Source of the DNA: Bdellovibrionales bacterium
GTDB taxonomy: Bacteria > Bdellovibrionota > Bdellovibrionia > Bdellovibrionales > UBA1609
Reading direction: 5' to 3'
DNA length: 64,000 bases
NCBI GenBank assembly: GCA_965261545.1
Contig: CBDHDF010000010.1
Span: 384,001 to 448,000, forward strand
The notes below the pieces were generated by a model, which worked only from the letters and a program-made list of their open reading frames with translations, was not told the DNA's origin and searched no databases. How positions within the stretch are numbered: position 1 is the stretch's first letter; each line of letters opens with the position of its first letter. Positions 53,622-64,000 of the stretch are shown piece after piece. Made by a program: the position numbers and the translations under genes.

Positions 53622-54992
53622 CTATTCAAGAATATATTCTAAGCAAGAAAAAGCATTTTTAAGGAGGAAATACTCTTGGGTCTCCACCACTGTATTTTCT
53701 TTATAATACTCTTTTCTTCGTTCATCCAAATGGACTTGGAAAGCAACTAGGTCTCCTTTCTGTTCCTTAAAAACTTCACAATTGTCAAGAGAGAAAAGGT
53801 CATATTTTTTTTCTGTGGCCGCTTCCCCTGCGGTTGCTTCTCCTGAAGATTTTTCTATGAGTTTTTCTATGGGTTCTTCATCTTTTTTATTGACCCCAAT
53901 TTCGTCCTCGAACAAAGCATCCCAAGATGATTGAAGACGTTTTTGGTATTGAATGGTGGCTTTTTCCACATGAGCAAAATATTCTCTCGTTAATGGATTG
54001 CTGCTATTTTTTAGTTCTTCTATGAGTTGAAAGAGTTCCTTCGGTTTTTTCTGAAGCTGTGAGTGGGCGTGAAACTCCACAGAGCTCAATGCCGTATTTT
54101 CAGTGATTTGAAGAGCCATTTCCGTAATCTCTTGAAGAGAAGATTCAGAGATACCATAGCTATCAATATATTCCTGCGCAACATCCACAGATCTATATAT
54201 GCTATAAACGGTTCCCCATGATATCTCATTCATGTCCAAGCGAGGCCCAAGCAAAGAAGAGTAGCGCCCCCCCACAAAAGAACCTAAAAGCCTGTAGAGA
54301 GACCTAATGGGTCCCACCTGATTGTGGCCGTCTTGAGCTAAAAGCAACATTCCGTGAACCTCAGCAAATATTTCAGATTTATGAATATATTCTTCATCAA
54401 AATAGGCGAATCCAATGTTGAGTTCTACCATATACTTGTCATCAAGGCAGTGGGAAATTTCATGATAATCAGAAAGTTTACTTGCAATTTTTCTTGAAAG
54501 GATGTGCTTGACCTTCTTATTTTTATACTCTGGTACGTTCTTAAAATAAGACCAACGGAGAAGTCGATGTGCCTCTTGGTGAGCATTACCATTGGGGCTT
54601 GAAGGCAAGACAACACAAACCTCTTCAGGTGTTCCATAGTAAAGGGGAATACTCACGCGAGCTTCCGTTTCATAGTATCTCCTGATAAAATCAGCATCAT
54701 TGGATGAAAAATCCAAACCAGAATGCTTCTCTAGGAAATCTTCGACAATTTGATTGAGGTTTTTGCCCGTTATACTCTGCTGAACTTGCAATTCATCTCT
54801 ATCCACAATAACAATGGGCCGATTTGCTTTCACGGAACCAAAGCGTCTTTGAAGCTGAGCGATATACTTAGAGTACTCTGTCTGTGAATAAGAATTCCCC
54901 ACTGTCTTTGAGTGCGAGTAGGAAAATGTTAGAAAGACAAAAGAACCTACTAGCATGAATTTAAAGGTCTTTAAAAAACCAGTTTTTATCAT
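53622..54992 (-). CDS. Exported hypothetical protein with HExxH zinc-metalloprotease-like motif
   Basis: Signal peptide, YHEISHC followed by SEIFAE. Confidence 0.6.
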   Translation of the reverse strand: MIKTGFLKTFKFMLVGSFVFLTFSYSHSKTVGNSYSQTEYSKYIAQLQRRFGSVKANRPIVIVDRDELQVQQSITGKNLNQIVEDFLEKHSGLDFSSNDADFIRRYYETEARVSIPLYYGTPEEVCVVLPSSPNGNAHQEAHRLLRWSYFKNVPEYKNKKVKHILSRKIASKLSDYHEISHCLDDKYMVELNIGFAYFDEEYIHKSEIFAEVHGMLLLAQDGHNQVGPIRSLYRLLGSFVGGRYSSLLGPRLDMNEISWGTVYSIYRSVDVAQEYIDSYGISESSLQEITEMALQITENTALSSVEFHAHSQLQKKPKELFQLIEELKNSSNPLTREYFAHVEKATIQYQKRLQSSWDALFEDEIGVNKKDEEPIEKLIEKSSGEATAGEAATEKKYDLFSLDNCEVFKEQKGDLVAFQVHLDERRKEYYKENTVVETQEYFLLKNAFSCLEYILE

Positions 54993-55330
54993 AATTACCC
55001 CCCTTGTTTATAATTCCCTCTTTATATGGTTATCTTTTTTTGTTACTCCTAGTTTTTTATTTCTATTCTGCTATTTTGTATTCATATTTTGTATTCACTT
55101 TCTAACCCCCAGAGGGGCAAACTAGGAAAGTGGTATCTGAAAACCCATAGTAAGACAAATACTTCATGGGAATTTAATACAAAATTGAAATATTTCATGT
55201 AACAATTTGTGTTAATTCATAAGCACAATAAAGAAATATGAGGTTCACTCTACGACTCCCCCCCAAAAAAATATAAAACGACCCTCATCCCTCTGCGTGG
55301 GCCAAAAGTGGACTTCCTTCCACAGGAGCC

Positions 55331-55359
55331 TTGACCTCCCCTAGGGCTTAAGTTAGCTT
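55331..55359 (+). promoter_or_regulatory. Sigma70-like promoter of metG
   Basis: TTGACC-N17-TAGCTT. Confidence 0.45.
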
Positions 55360-55415
55360 ATTAGGGCCACTTTTAGGACCCACTTTCCATTCTTAGCCCT
55401 TAGCTGGGAGGCTTC

Positions 55416-57059
55416 ATGAACCATCGCACAATCATCGCCACATCTGCTCTTCCCTATGCCAATGGCTCCATTCACATAGGCCACTTGGTGGAATACCTTC
55501 AAACAGACTTTTGGGTGCGATTCCAAAAGATGCAGGGGCACCGGTGCCTCTATATATGTGCCGATGACACCCATGGAACTCCTATTATGATTCGAGCCCA
55601 AAAGGAAGGAATCACTCCCCAAGAGCTTATTGCTCAAAGTCAAAAAGAGCACCTTAAAGACTTCAAAGACTTTCAGATTGAGTTTGATGAATATTCATCC
55701 ACGCACTCCTCCACCAACCGAGAGCTTGTTTATAAGATCTTTGCCGCCATGGAAAGTAAAAAGCACTTATATGTAAAGAAGGTCCAACAAAGCTTCTGCG
55801 AACATGACAATATGTTTTTGCCCGATCGCTTTGTGAAGGGAACTTGTCCCCACTGCGAGGCCCACGATGAGTATGGAGATTCATGTAGTCAATGTGGTGC
55901 AACCTATTCGCCCACAGAGTTGAGCAACCCCTACTGTACCCTCTGCGGAAACCCTCCCTCTAAAAAAACCAGCGAGCATTTATTTTTTAAGCTCAATGAT
56001 TTTCATTCATTTCTCAATAGCTGGGTCCCTCAACACACCCCCAAGGAGGTTTCCAACAAACTTAGGGAGTGGTTGGACGATGAATTAAAAGACTGGGATA
56101 TCTCACGGGATGCCCCCTACTTTGGCTTTGAAATTCCTGGACATCCCAAAAAATATTTTTACGTTTGGGTGGATGCTCCTGTGGGCTACTTATCCACAAC
56201 AAAACTTTGGTGTGAAAAAAATGGTAAGAATTTTGAGTCCTTTTGGAACCATGAAAACACTGAGATATTTCACTTTATAGGCAAAGATATCGTTTACTTT
56301 CATACGCTGTTCTGGCCAGCTATGCTAGAAAGTGCTGGGTACCAAAAACCTCGCCAAGTTTTTGTCCATGGATTCTTAACGATCAATGGTGAGAAGATGA
56401 GCAAATCCAAAGGGACCTTTATCGGGGCTCGAAATTACCTCAACCACCTCAATCCCACCTACCTTCGCTACTACTATGCCTGCAAGCTCCGAGGTGTGGA
56501 AGATATTGATCTCAATCTTACAGATTTTAGACAAAGAGTGAATGCTGATCTGATTGGAAAGATCACCAACCTTGGCTCCCGTGGAGCCCAAATGCTCAAC
56601 AAAAAATTTCAAGGAATGACTTTAGAACTTTCCACAGAGGGGCGCACTCTTTTTCAGGAGATTCAGGGCTTTTCTAGTACGATGGCTGAATTTTACGAGA
56701 ATCTCAATTTTTCAAAGGCTCTTAGAGAAATTTGTCACCTTGCAGATAAAGCCAACCGTTACTTTGACCAACAGGCTCCTTGGAAACTTATGAAAACGAG
56801 CCAAGACGAAGACAAAAAACAAGCCCACAAGGTTCTTACCGACGCTCTCAATATGTTTCGTCTTCTGGCCATTTACCTCAAACCCATTCTTCCCGAATAC
56901 ACAAAGAAAGTAGAAAAACTTTTTGGAGAATCTCCCTACCAATGGCCTTCTTTGCAAAATGCTTTTGAACACAAAGCCATTCATACCTACGAACATCTCG
57001 CCACCCGTATAGAAGCCGAAAAGATAGAAGAAATGATCAAAGTTGCAAAGAAGACATAG
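55416..57059 (+). CDS. metG: Methionine--tRNA ligase, short form without C-terminal tRNA-binding domain
   Basis: ALPYANGSIHIGH, zinc knuckles, WDISRDAPYFG, KMSKS. Confidence 0.96.
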   Translation: MNHRTIIATSALPYANGSIHIGHLVEYLQTDFWVRFQKMQGHRCLYICADDTHGTPIMIRAQKEGITPQELIAQSQKEHLKDFKDFQIEFDEYSSTHSSTNRELVYKIFAAMESKKHLYVKKVQQSFCEHDNMFLPDRFVKGTCPHCEAHDEYGDSCSQCGATYSPTELSNPYCTLCGNPPSKKTSEHLFFKLNDFHSFLNSWVPQHTPKEVSNKLREWLDDELKDWDISRDAPYFGFEIPGHPKKYFYVWVDAPVGYLSTTKLWCEKNGKNFESFWNHENTEIFHFIGKDIVYFHTLFWPAMLESAGYQKPRQVFVHGFLTINGEKMSKSKGTFIGARNYLNHLNPTYLRYYYACKLRGVEDIDLNLTDFRQRVNADLIGKITNLGSRGAQMLNKKFQGMTLELSTEGRTLFQEIQGFSSTMAEFYENLNFSKALREICHLADKANRYFDQQAPWKLMKTSQDEDKKQAHKVLTDALNMFRLLAIYLKPILPEYTKKVEKLFGESPYQWPSLQNAFEHKAIHTYEHLATRIEAEKIEEMIKVAKKT

Positions 57060-57117
57060 TTCACCTGACTTTCTTGCTTGCTTGCTTTCTCTGGAAAGAT
57101 ATGACATATCATGGCCT

Positions 57118-57576
57118 ATGGAGCCTCGTTTAAAGCCCTCTTCAAAATGGACCTCTCTTCCCAAAGAGCAGCTTCAGCAAATCAAAGAGGCTTTTGCTGA
57201 AAAATTCAAAGAAGCTCTCCAGGGGGGAGCCATTTTAGTGGAGGGGCGAATTTACTCAGAAGAGCTTATTTTGTGTGTGGGTTACGCCAAATCCCTGGCT
57301 TTGAAGCAGAGCAGCTTTGAAGTTTCCTTGCAATACGACAAAGACAAACAAAATGCACTGAAACTCATCTATAAGGCCGTGGATTGTATTGAGTCCATGA
57401 TGCATGAGTATTTTTCCCACCAAGAAAAAATAGAACTCCCTAGATCATGGCACCCCCTCAAATTTGAAGGACAAGAGGTGTTTGTTCAATATTCCACGGT
57501 CAATACAGAACTTGAAGCTTGGGCCAACCAACTTCTGGGTAAGTCCTCCTCCAATGGCCTTATTCAAGACACCTAG
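57118..57576 (+). CDS. Hypothetical protein
   Basis: Open frame; start placed at MEPRLK to avoid overlap with metG. Confidence 0.65.
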   Translation: MEPRLKPSSKWTSLPKEQLQQIKEAFAEKFKEALQGGAILVEGRIYSEELILCVGYAKSLALKQSSFEVSLQYDKDKQNALKLIYKAVDCIESMMHEYFSHQEKIELPRSWHPLKFEGQEVFVQYSTVNTELEAWANQLLGKSSSNGLIQDT

Positions 57577-57642
57577 TTTCTAGGAAAAAGGAGGTATGGG
57601 GGCACTTGTGGGTAACTAACTTGCGGGCAACTTGTGAGTAAC

Positions 57643-57978
57643 TTACACTAGCTTCTTCAAACGATAACCTAAGGGGGCTCCGCTCAATGCCAATATCCCC
57701 CCCAGCGTTCCCACAAGGAGATAACATGAATAGAGATAAAGCGTGGAAGAGGGCACTCCCAGAAGCCCTGTGATTCTTTGGCCCATAAGGTATTGAGAGC
57801 GAAAGTCAAAATAACAGCAAAGGCTTGTCCAAAATATAAAGTAAAGAGCAAAAGGCAAACCCAAGGACTGTTTCCAAGATGAAGAGAAATAACCTATGAA
57901 CACTCCCACGAGACAAGGCCCCCACCAAGGAAGCCAATACGAACATAAAACAAGGAAAATCGCAATCCAGTAAATCAT
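57643..57978 (-). CDS. Small membrane protein
   Basis: 111 aa, hydrophobic, LPWW motif; starts 1 bp after the acylase stop. Confidence 0.65.
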   Translation of the reverse strand: MIYWIAIFLVLCSYWLPWWGPCLVGVFIGYFSSSWKQSLGLPFALYFIFWTSLCCYFDFRSQYLMGQRITGLLGVPSSTLYLYSCYLLVGTLGGILALSGAPLGYRLKKLV

Positions 57979-57979
57979 T

Positions 57980-60463
57980 TTATTTGGCTCCCAGGGGTTT
58001 GAGGATCGTCAAAGAAGGGAGCGAAGTAGAATCCGAAGAAGAACCCTCAACCTGAGATTGAAAAAATAGAGGCGGCGGCGGTGATTTATAAAAAATCATT
58101 TCCCTCATTTCTCCTCGAGCCCAAGATTCTACAAACGCTGAGTAGTCGGGGTCAAAGGGGTTTCCAGAATGGCCCCCTGGGTAATTGATCCACCCTCGAA
58201 TGTCATCTTCTCCAATTTCCACCACCATTTTCCAGGAGGGGCCATGAACTCCATTGTTCGCCAGTATGCTGCTACCCGTGCCCCCCATGGTCACCACCTC
58301 TGCAAATCCAGGAATACGTAAAAGATGGGGCAACTTTGTTTCTTGCATCTTTTCCCATAACCAACCTTTGGAGTCAGGACCTAATTTTTTTTCTAAGTCG
58401 GACCAAGCTTTAAAAAAAGACTCATGCAAAAGGTCCTTAAAATCTTCCACCTCGGGGCTGTGGATATCATCCACCCACTTGAGAGACCATGGATCCCCTT
58501 GAGCTGCTTTCACAACAGTCTGAACCGTAGAGGACTTAGGTGGTTTCATAAAAGCCCCACCAATAGATAGCTGATCTTCCCAAATCATGTCCCTCAAATG
58601 CCGATACCAAACCATAAAAAGAGATGGCTCTGCAAGGTCAACTCTGTAATCACCCTCCCATTTTCTTAAACTCTCTAAAGCTTGCAACTGCTGGGGCTTT
58701 AAACGATTTGGATCCATGTTTTCCACCATAGATAACTTGACATCCTGGGTAAACAAATCCGATGCATCATTTTGAATATTCATCATCCCTTGGGGGGTGT
58801 GCTGACGGCTTGCCTTCAAGTGGCGATCAATGGCCAAGGCTCGATAAGAGTCCTTGTAATCCCAACCTAGATAAAGATGACCTTGGGGGCCCACACCTAG
58901 CTGGTTGGCCGAGAGGACGTAACCTCTCAAAGGGTTGATCTCAGAAGGCAACTCATCTTTATCCAACCATTCCCCCCAGTCGTGGTCCAAGCGGCGGCCA
59001 TTGAGAATATAGCGACCTTGCTCGCTCCACTTACGAGGGAGCAAACCATTGTGCCAAATACCTATGTTATTGGCATCCGCACAAATAATGTTCATCGCAG
59101 GGGAATCCAAGTGAACACGAGCCTCCTTGCATTCTTCAAAATTTTTAGCTCGATTTAAATTTAAAAAAGCCGAAAACTCATTGGACGCCTCGTGAAGAGC
59201 CGTTTTAAAAACCAAGGCAAGGGGACCTTTTCTATCAAAAACCACTCCGTGGTGAGTCCAAATGAGGTCCATCCACATGGGTTCTTTTCTTCCACGAATG
59301 AAAATTTTCTCTTGAATTTTTCTAGCCTTTTTCCACACACCATCATGTTTGTACTCAAGACTATTCTCGTCTTTAAACTCGACTTCATACCAATCGGAAA
59401 CATCAGATCCTACATTGGTAACAGCCCAAGCCACTTTTTCTGTCATACCCAAAACAACTCCAGGTGCTCCTGGTAGGGCTGCCCCGTAAACATTGAAGTC
59501 TGGTGTGTGAATCTGAAGTTCATACCAAATAGAGGGAAGGATGTAGAGAAGATGAGGATCATTGGCCACAAGGGTTTTTCTGTTTTTGGTATGACTTGGA
59601 TGAATGGCCCAGTTATTACTGCCGCTAGCTCTGTATTTCTTTGAAAAAGGGTCGACAGGTTCACCAGTACCGAGCCCACTGAGAAACTTATCCTGAAGAG
59701 AGGGAGCAAGTTTTTTGGAAAATCTAAAATTTCTTGCTATTGGCAGTGAGTTGTAACGGAATGTGGGGAAAAGCTTTTCTACTTTTTCAAACCCATACTT
59801 TTGAGCCAATTTTGTTAACTCGCGATCATAACCCCCTCTTGTTAATATCCAACCCATATACTGCATAATCCCAATGAGACGAATGGGTTTCCATTTTTCT
59901 GGAAAGGCTCCAATAAATTTATACTCCACGGGAAGATCCCCTGCTCTTTTGATTTGATCAATATAGGCGTTGACTCCAGAGGTATAAGCCACAAAAGCCT
60001 GTGAAGAAATGGGGTTTTTCATGACTTCTTTTATTTTTCTTCTGGCCACCTCTTTAAAGCCAAGCCTTGTGGTCAAAATATCTTTTTCTATCAAAATAGA
60101 TTTAGAATTTAATTCAGAAAGGGTTCCAAGCCCAATGCGTGTCACCACATCCATCTGAAACAAGCGATCTAAGGCCAAAAGGTAGCCCTGAGTAAAATAG
60201 GCATCTTTAATATTTTGTGCAAAAATATGGGGAACATTGTGAATATCCCAATAAATTTTAACAGGAGCCCTCAAACCCTGAAGTGCCAACTCCGTGGGAC
60301 GCTTTCGGGGAATATTTTGCCATAAACCTGAAACAGGGCTTAAAAGAGGACCTATGGGAGGAACCGGCCCCCAAGACCTTCCCAAAGCCAAAAGCACTGT
60401 CATCGCCACAAAAACATGTATAAGCCATAGGAGAACCCCACGCTTAAAGGGCATCACTTGCAC
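57980..60463 (-). CDS. Penicillin acylase family Ntn-hydrolase
   Basis: VPHIFA, DRLFQMD, GSNNWA, ANDPHL, SANQ, PGGHSG. Confidence 0.92.
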   Translation of the reverse strand: MQVMPFKRGVLLWLIHVFVAMTVLLALGRSWGPVPPIGPLLSPVSGLWQNIPRKRPTELALQGLRAPVKIYWDIHNVPHIFAQNIKDAYFTQGYLLALDRLFQMDVVTRIGLGTLSELNSKSILIEKDILTTRLGFKEVARRKIKEVMKNPISSQAFVAYTSGVNAYIDQIKRAGDLPVEYKFIGAFPEKWKPIRLIGIMQYMGWILTRGGYDRELTKLAQKYGFEKVEKLFPTFRYNSLPIARNFRFSKKLAPSLQDKFLSGLGTGEPVDPFSKKYRASGSNNWAIHPSHTKNRKTLVANDPHLLYILPSIWYELQIHTPDFNVYGAALPGAPGVVLGMTEKVAWAVTNVGSDVSDWYEVEFKDENSLEYKHDGVWKKARKIQEKIFIRGRKEPMWMDLIWTHHGVVFDRKGPLALVFKTALHEASNEFSAFLNLNRAKNFEECKEARVHLDSPAMNIICADANNIGIWHNGLLPRKWSEQGRYILNGRRLDHDWGEWLDKDELPSEINPLRGYVLSANQLGVGPQGHLYLGWDYKDSYRALAIDRHLKASRQHTPQGMMNIQNDASDLFTQDVKLSMVENMDPNRLKPQQLQALESLRKWEGDYRVDLAEPSLFMVWYRHLRDMIWEDQLSIGGAFMKPPKSSTVQTVVKAAQGDPWSLKWVDDIHSPEVEDFKDLLHESFFKAWSDLEKKLGPDSKGWLWEKMQETKLPHLLRIPGFAEVVTMGGTGSSILANNGVHGPSWKMVVEIGEDDIRGWINYPGGHSGNPFDPDYSAFVESWARGEMREMIFYKSPPPPLFFQSQVEGSSSDSTSLPSLTILKPLGAK

Positions 60464-62011
60464 TTATTTTTTTACCTTCATCGTTGGAAATAAAATAACA
60501 TCACGAATGCTCGGCTGACCTGTTAACAACATGACAACCCTCTCAATGCCAATGCCCACCCCCCCCGTGGGAGGCATACCCACCCCTAAGGCCGTGACAA
60601 AATCCTCATCCAAGAGATGCCAATTTTCTTCATCTTTATCATTATTATCATTATCATTACTATAGTGGATTTGATCCATGAGCCTTTTGAGTTGCTCCTC
60701 GGGATCATTCAACTCCGTATAGGCATTGCCAATTTCCATTCCGGCAATAAATGGCTCAAAACGCTCCACAAGTCCCTTGGCACTGCGATGTCTCTTGGTC
60801 AAAGGAGATACATCCACAGGGTGATCCATAACAAAGGTGGGTTGCCATAGATGCTTTTCTACGGCAAGTTCAAATATCTCCATCTCTAGAACCCCTCTGG
60901 AGAAAAACTCTTCCACCTTTGAACCCAAATTTTGAGCTTTTTCAAGAAGGTCCCCATCGCTCAAATCGCAAGAACGAAGCCCCGTGTACTGAAGAATTCC
61001 CTCTTCAATGGTCATGCGCCGCCACGGAGGAGTGAGGTCAATTTCTTTGTCCATAAAGGACACTATCATAGAACCATTTACTTCTTGGGCCACAGATGAA
61101 ATCAAGTCTTCAAATTGCTTCATCTGGTCATTGTAATCTGTATAGGCTTCGTAGTATTCCAACATGGTGAATTCAGGGTTATGGGACCGATCCACACCCT
61201 CATTGCGAAAATTCTTTCCAATCTCATAAACTTTTTCAAAGCCACCGACAATAAGCCTCTTTAAGTACAGCTCAGGACTGATCTTCATATACAGTTTCAT
61301 ATCCAAAGCCCGGTGGTGGGTTGAAAATGGGTGAGCTGTGGCTCCTCCATAGATAGGTTGTAGAACGGGAGTTTCCACCTCCAAAAAGCCCTTGTTATCC
61401 AAGTAGCGACGAATGGTCCCAATGATCTTGGCTCGCTTTTCAAAAATACTGCGAGACTCAGGGTGCATGAGAAGGTCTAAATATCTTTGACGGTATTTCA
61501 TCTCAATATCTGTAAGACCATGGTATTTTTCAGGCAAAGGTTCAAGACTTTTGCAAAGGAGTGTGAGGTCTTGACAACGGATAGACAATTGAGCCTTTTT
61601 TGTTTTAAAAACAAAGCCTCTCACACCGATAATATCTCCAATGTCCAAGAGTTTAAAAACCTCTTGCTGCCCTTTGGAAAGCTCGGCAAGTTTGACATAA
61701 ATTTGCAGAGTCCCGGAGGCATCTTGGATATTAAAAAAGGAGGCTTTTCCCATATCTCGCATGGTCATCAAACGCCCTGCCAAACAGACTTCTTCACTCT
61801 TCAAGGACTCTCCCGCCTCAAGGCGACTATCAAAGGCTCCTATGAGTTCCTTGGACCGGTGGGTGGGATTGTAACTATGGGGGTAGGGATCAATTTTTTG
61901 ACCACGAAGAGCCGCAAGCTTGCGACGCTTTTCTGCCTTAAGGGAATTTTCCTTGTTTCCCTTATTTCCCTTATCTTCTTTTTTATTTTCCTTATTTTCC
62001 TTATTTTCCAT
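60464..62011 (-). CDS. lysS: Lysine--tRNA ligase (class II)
   Basis: YRQRYLDL, EVETP, SPELYLKRL, FRNEG, HNPEF, GMPPTGGVGIGIER. Confidence 0.97.
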   Translation of the reverse strand: MENKENKENKKEDKGNKGNKENSLKAEKRRKLAALRGQKIDPYPHSYNPTHRSKELIGAFDSRLEAGESLKSEEVCLAGRLMTMRDMGKASFFNIQDASGTLQIYVKLAELSKGQQEVFKLLDIGDIIGVRGFVFKTKKAQLSIRCQDLTLLCKSLEPLPEKYHGLTDIEMKYRQRYLDLLMHPESRSIFEKRAKIIGTIRRYLDNKGFLEVETPVLQPIYGGATAHPFSTHHRALDMKLYMKISPELYLKRLIVGGFEKVYEIGKNFRNEGVDRSHNPEFTMLEYYEAYTDYNDQMKQFEDLISSVAQEVNGSMIVSFMDKEIDLTPPWRRMTIEEGILQYTGLRSCDLSDGDLLEKAQNLGSKVEEFFSRGVLEMEIFELAVEKHLWQPTFVMDHPVDVSPLTKRHRSAKGLVERFEPFIAGMEIGNAYTELNDPEEQLKRLMDQIHYSNDNDNNDKDEENWHLLDEDFVTALGVGMPPTGGVGIGIERVVMLLTGQPSIRDVILFPTMKVKK

Positions 62012-62939
62012 TTTCTGTATTTTCTTTGTAAATGTCCATCACCTGGTGCAAAAGTTCGATAGCTTTTTTCTTAGGTCTTTGGAAGGCATTGCGCCCCATA
62101 ATACTGCCAAAGGCCCCCCCTTTGGCAAGCCCTTGAACTTCTTCAAGCACCTGATCGTCATTTTTGACAACCCCTCCACTAAAGATCACAATACGACGAC
62201 CATGAAAGGCGGCATCCATGATATGTTTGGTGCGCTCCTCAATGGTTTGAACAGGAATGCCATTTTGCACATAGGGGTTTGCAATTGCACTCCCCTCTGT
62301 CAAGTGGGACGTACTGGGCTTAACTTTAATAATATTGGCCCCCAATTGAGCTGCTATCTGCGCCGCATAGGCCACAACAGCCACACTGGTTTCTTCCGCC
62401 TTTGAAAGCCACTTTCCCCTAGGATAAGCCCATATGACCACAGGAAGGCCCACCCGCTTGGCACACCTGGTGACCTTGGCTATTTCTTCATACATACGCT
62501 TGCGCTGGGAACTTCCGGGATAAATCGTAAAACCAATGGCCGTACAACCCAATCGAAGGGCGTCTTCCACAGAGGCTGTCACAGCCGAAATAGGTCCCTC
62601 TGGGTGGGCAAAAAGGGAGTCTGAGTGGTTTATCTTTAAAATCAAGGGGATATCCCCCGCATACTCATGGGCGCAAGCTTCGATAAATCCTAGGGGAGCT
62701 GCGTAAGCATTGCAACCAGATTCTATGGCGAGTTCAAAGTGATAAGCTGGGTCGTAGGCCCCAGGGTTTTTAGAAAAACTCCTTCCCGGGCCATGTTCAA
62801 AACCTTGATCCACAGGAAGAATAACCATTTTACCCGTTCCACCAAGGCACCCATGATTGAGCATACGAGCCATGTTGGAAAGAACTCCTGGATTTTCAGA
62901 GCCATACCAACTCAATATTTCTTGCACTCTGTTTGTCAT
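62001..62939 (-). CDS. fbaB: Class I fructose-bisphosphate aldolase
   Basis: ILPVDQGFEHGP, AYAAPLG, WAYPRG, IIKVK, GRNAFQR; start placed at MTNRV (62939). Confidence 0.9.
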   Translation of the reverse strand: MTNRVQEILSWYGSENPGVLSNMARMLNHGCLGGTGKMVILPVDQGFEHGPGRSFSKNPGAYDPAYHFELAIESGCNAYAAPLGFIEACAHEYAGDIPLILKINHSDSLFAHPEGPISAVTASVEDALRLGCTAIGFTIYPGSSQRKRMYEEIAKVTRCAKRVGLPVVIWAYPRGKWLSKAEETSVAVVAYAAQIAAQLGANIIKVKPSTSHLTEGSAIANPYVQNGIPVQTIEERTKHIMDAAFHGRRIVIFSGGVVKNDDQVLEEVQGLAKGGAFGSIMGRNAFQRPKKKAIELLHQVMDIYKENTENGK

Positions 62940-63011
62940 TGCTTTTGCTACTTTCTGTTTGTCATTGCTTTTGCTACTTTTGCCATAAAGATCATAAAAA
63001 ATCATGAAATA

Positions 63012-64000
63012 TCACAAAATTTCTGTGCCTCCTTTGTGGGCAAGTTTCTCAATAAATCGCTCTATTCCCACAGAAATAGCCTCAGAAATAACATCAGAAA
63101 ATTTCTTTTTAGACTTCGTCGAAATTCTTAAAATACGAGCCGTCTCCCTTTGTGAAAAGAGATACTCATCACTCACCATAAGCTCATCAATGAGCTTGAG
63201 CTTGAGGGCACGCTGACCAAACCAATATTCCCCCGTGGCCACTTCATCAATGTCCACAATGGGACGATGGGTTTTAACAAACTCTTTAAAGAGTTCATGG
63301 GTATCTTGAATTTGTTCCTGAAATTTTGTCTTTCCCTCATCGGTGACCTCACCAAAAATGCTAAGAGTGCGCTTGTATTGACCGGCAGTGATCTCTTGAT
63401 AGTCGATATCATGCTTCTTCAAAAGCTTATTCACATTGGGAACTTGGGCAAGGACTCCAATGGAACCCATAATGGCAAAGGGAGAAGCCAAAATCTTATT
63501 GCCCGTACAAGCCATCATATAGCCCCCGCTCGCTGCCACCTTATCGACACAAATCGTTAATGGTATTTTGTGCTCTCGTATTCTCAACAACTGAGCTGCG
63601 GCAAGCCCATACCCATGGACCACTCCCCCAGGGCTTTCCACACAAACCACAACTTCATCTGTAGACTGAGCCACGCTGAGAATCGCAGAAACTTCATTTT
63701 GAAACTGTTTGATACCACTGGCTTTGATATCGCCCTCAAACTGGAGGACAAAAATATTTTTCTTGTCACCAATGTTTTTTTTGTCGCCCTCTAGGGAGAG
63801 AGCACCTTCGCCCTGTAGAGAGAGATCACCCTCATCCCTGGGGGAGAGATCATCTTTTTGCTCCCCTCTGTCTTCTTTAGACTTTTTCTCCTTTTGCGCT
63901 TTCTTTTTTTCTTTCTCTTCTTGCTTTTCTTTTTTCTTTTGCTCCTTTGCTTTATTTTTCACGGCCTTCTTATCGAGAATATGGGCCTCTAGGAGAGTGC
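63012..64000 (-). CDS. sohB: Protease SohB (S49), 5' end beyond the window
   Basis: FEGDIKAS, ESPGGVVHGYGLAA, DKVAASGGYMMAC, TAGQYKRT, ATGEYWFG; frame open to the window edge. Confidence 0.92.
   Translation of the reverse strand, partial: TLLEAHILDKKAVKNKAKEQKKKEKQEEKEKKKAQKEKKSKEDRGEQKDDLSPRDEGDLSLQGEGALSLEGDKKNIGDKKNIFVLQFEGDIKASGIKQFQNEVSAILSVAQSTDEVVVCVESPGGVVHGYGLAAAQLLRIREHKIPLTICVDKVAASGGYMMACTGNKILASPFAIMGSIGVLAQVPNVNKLLKKHDIDYQEITAGQYKRTLSIFGEVTDEGKTKFQEQIQDTHELFKEFVKTHRPIVDIDEVATGEYWFGQRALKLKLIDELMVSDEYLFSQRETARILRISTKSKKKFSDVISEAISVGIERFIEKLAHKGGTEIL

Noticed and set aside
55112..55145. c-di-GMP-I riboswitch (GGCAAAC...GAAA)
   Set aside because: Lacks the paired stem and the following GACGCAAAG core

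Overview
Chromosomal window from a bacterium that looks like Bdellovibrionota (inferred from gene content, not confirmed). Most of it is housekeeping or envelope genes: a GldA/F/G-like ABC system plus DUF4340, mreC-mreD-mrdA-rodA, a PpiD-like chaperone, mreB, namZ, a frameshifted tpiA, glmM, purK/purE, ettA, an M17 aminopeptidase, DUF721/DciA, metG, penicillin acylase, lysS, fbaB and sohB. The main feature is a 10.6-kb nest of five insertion sequences between glmM and purE (30611-41183), every one with readable terminal IRs and target duplication. Two related ISNCY/IS5-like elements sit in tandem at the same TAACTA target. One contains an ISL3; the other contains an IS21 that itself contains an IS4. 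The unrelated ISL3 and IS21 both carry the same ~95-nt covarying hairpin with DnaA boxes in its stem, the best candidate here for an undescribed element. Also notable: a LysM lipoprotein with both an N-terminal lipobox and a C-terminal TM helix, a subtilase-TM-PilZ fusion, an H1-like protein with three AT-hook-like motifs, and pervasive short tandem duplications at gene boundaries. No rRNA, tRNA or CRISPR array was recognised. All family calls come from motif recognition by eye; no database searches were run.
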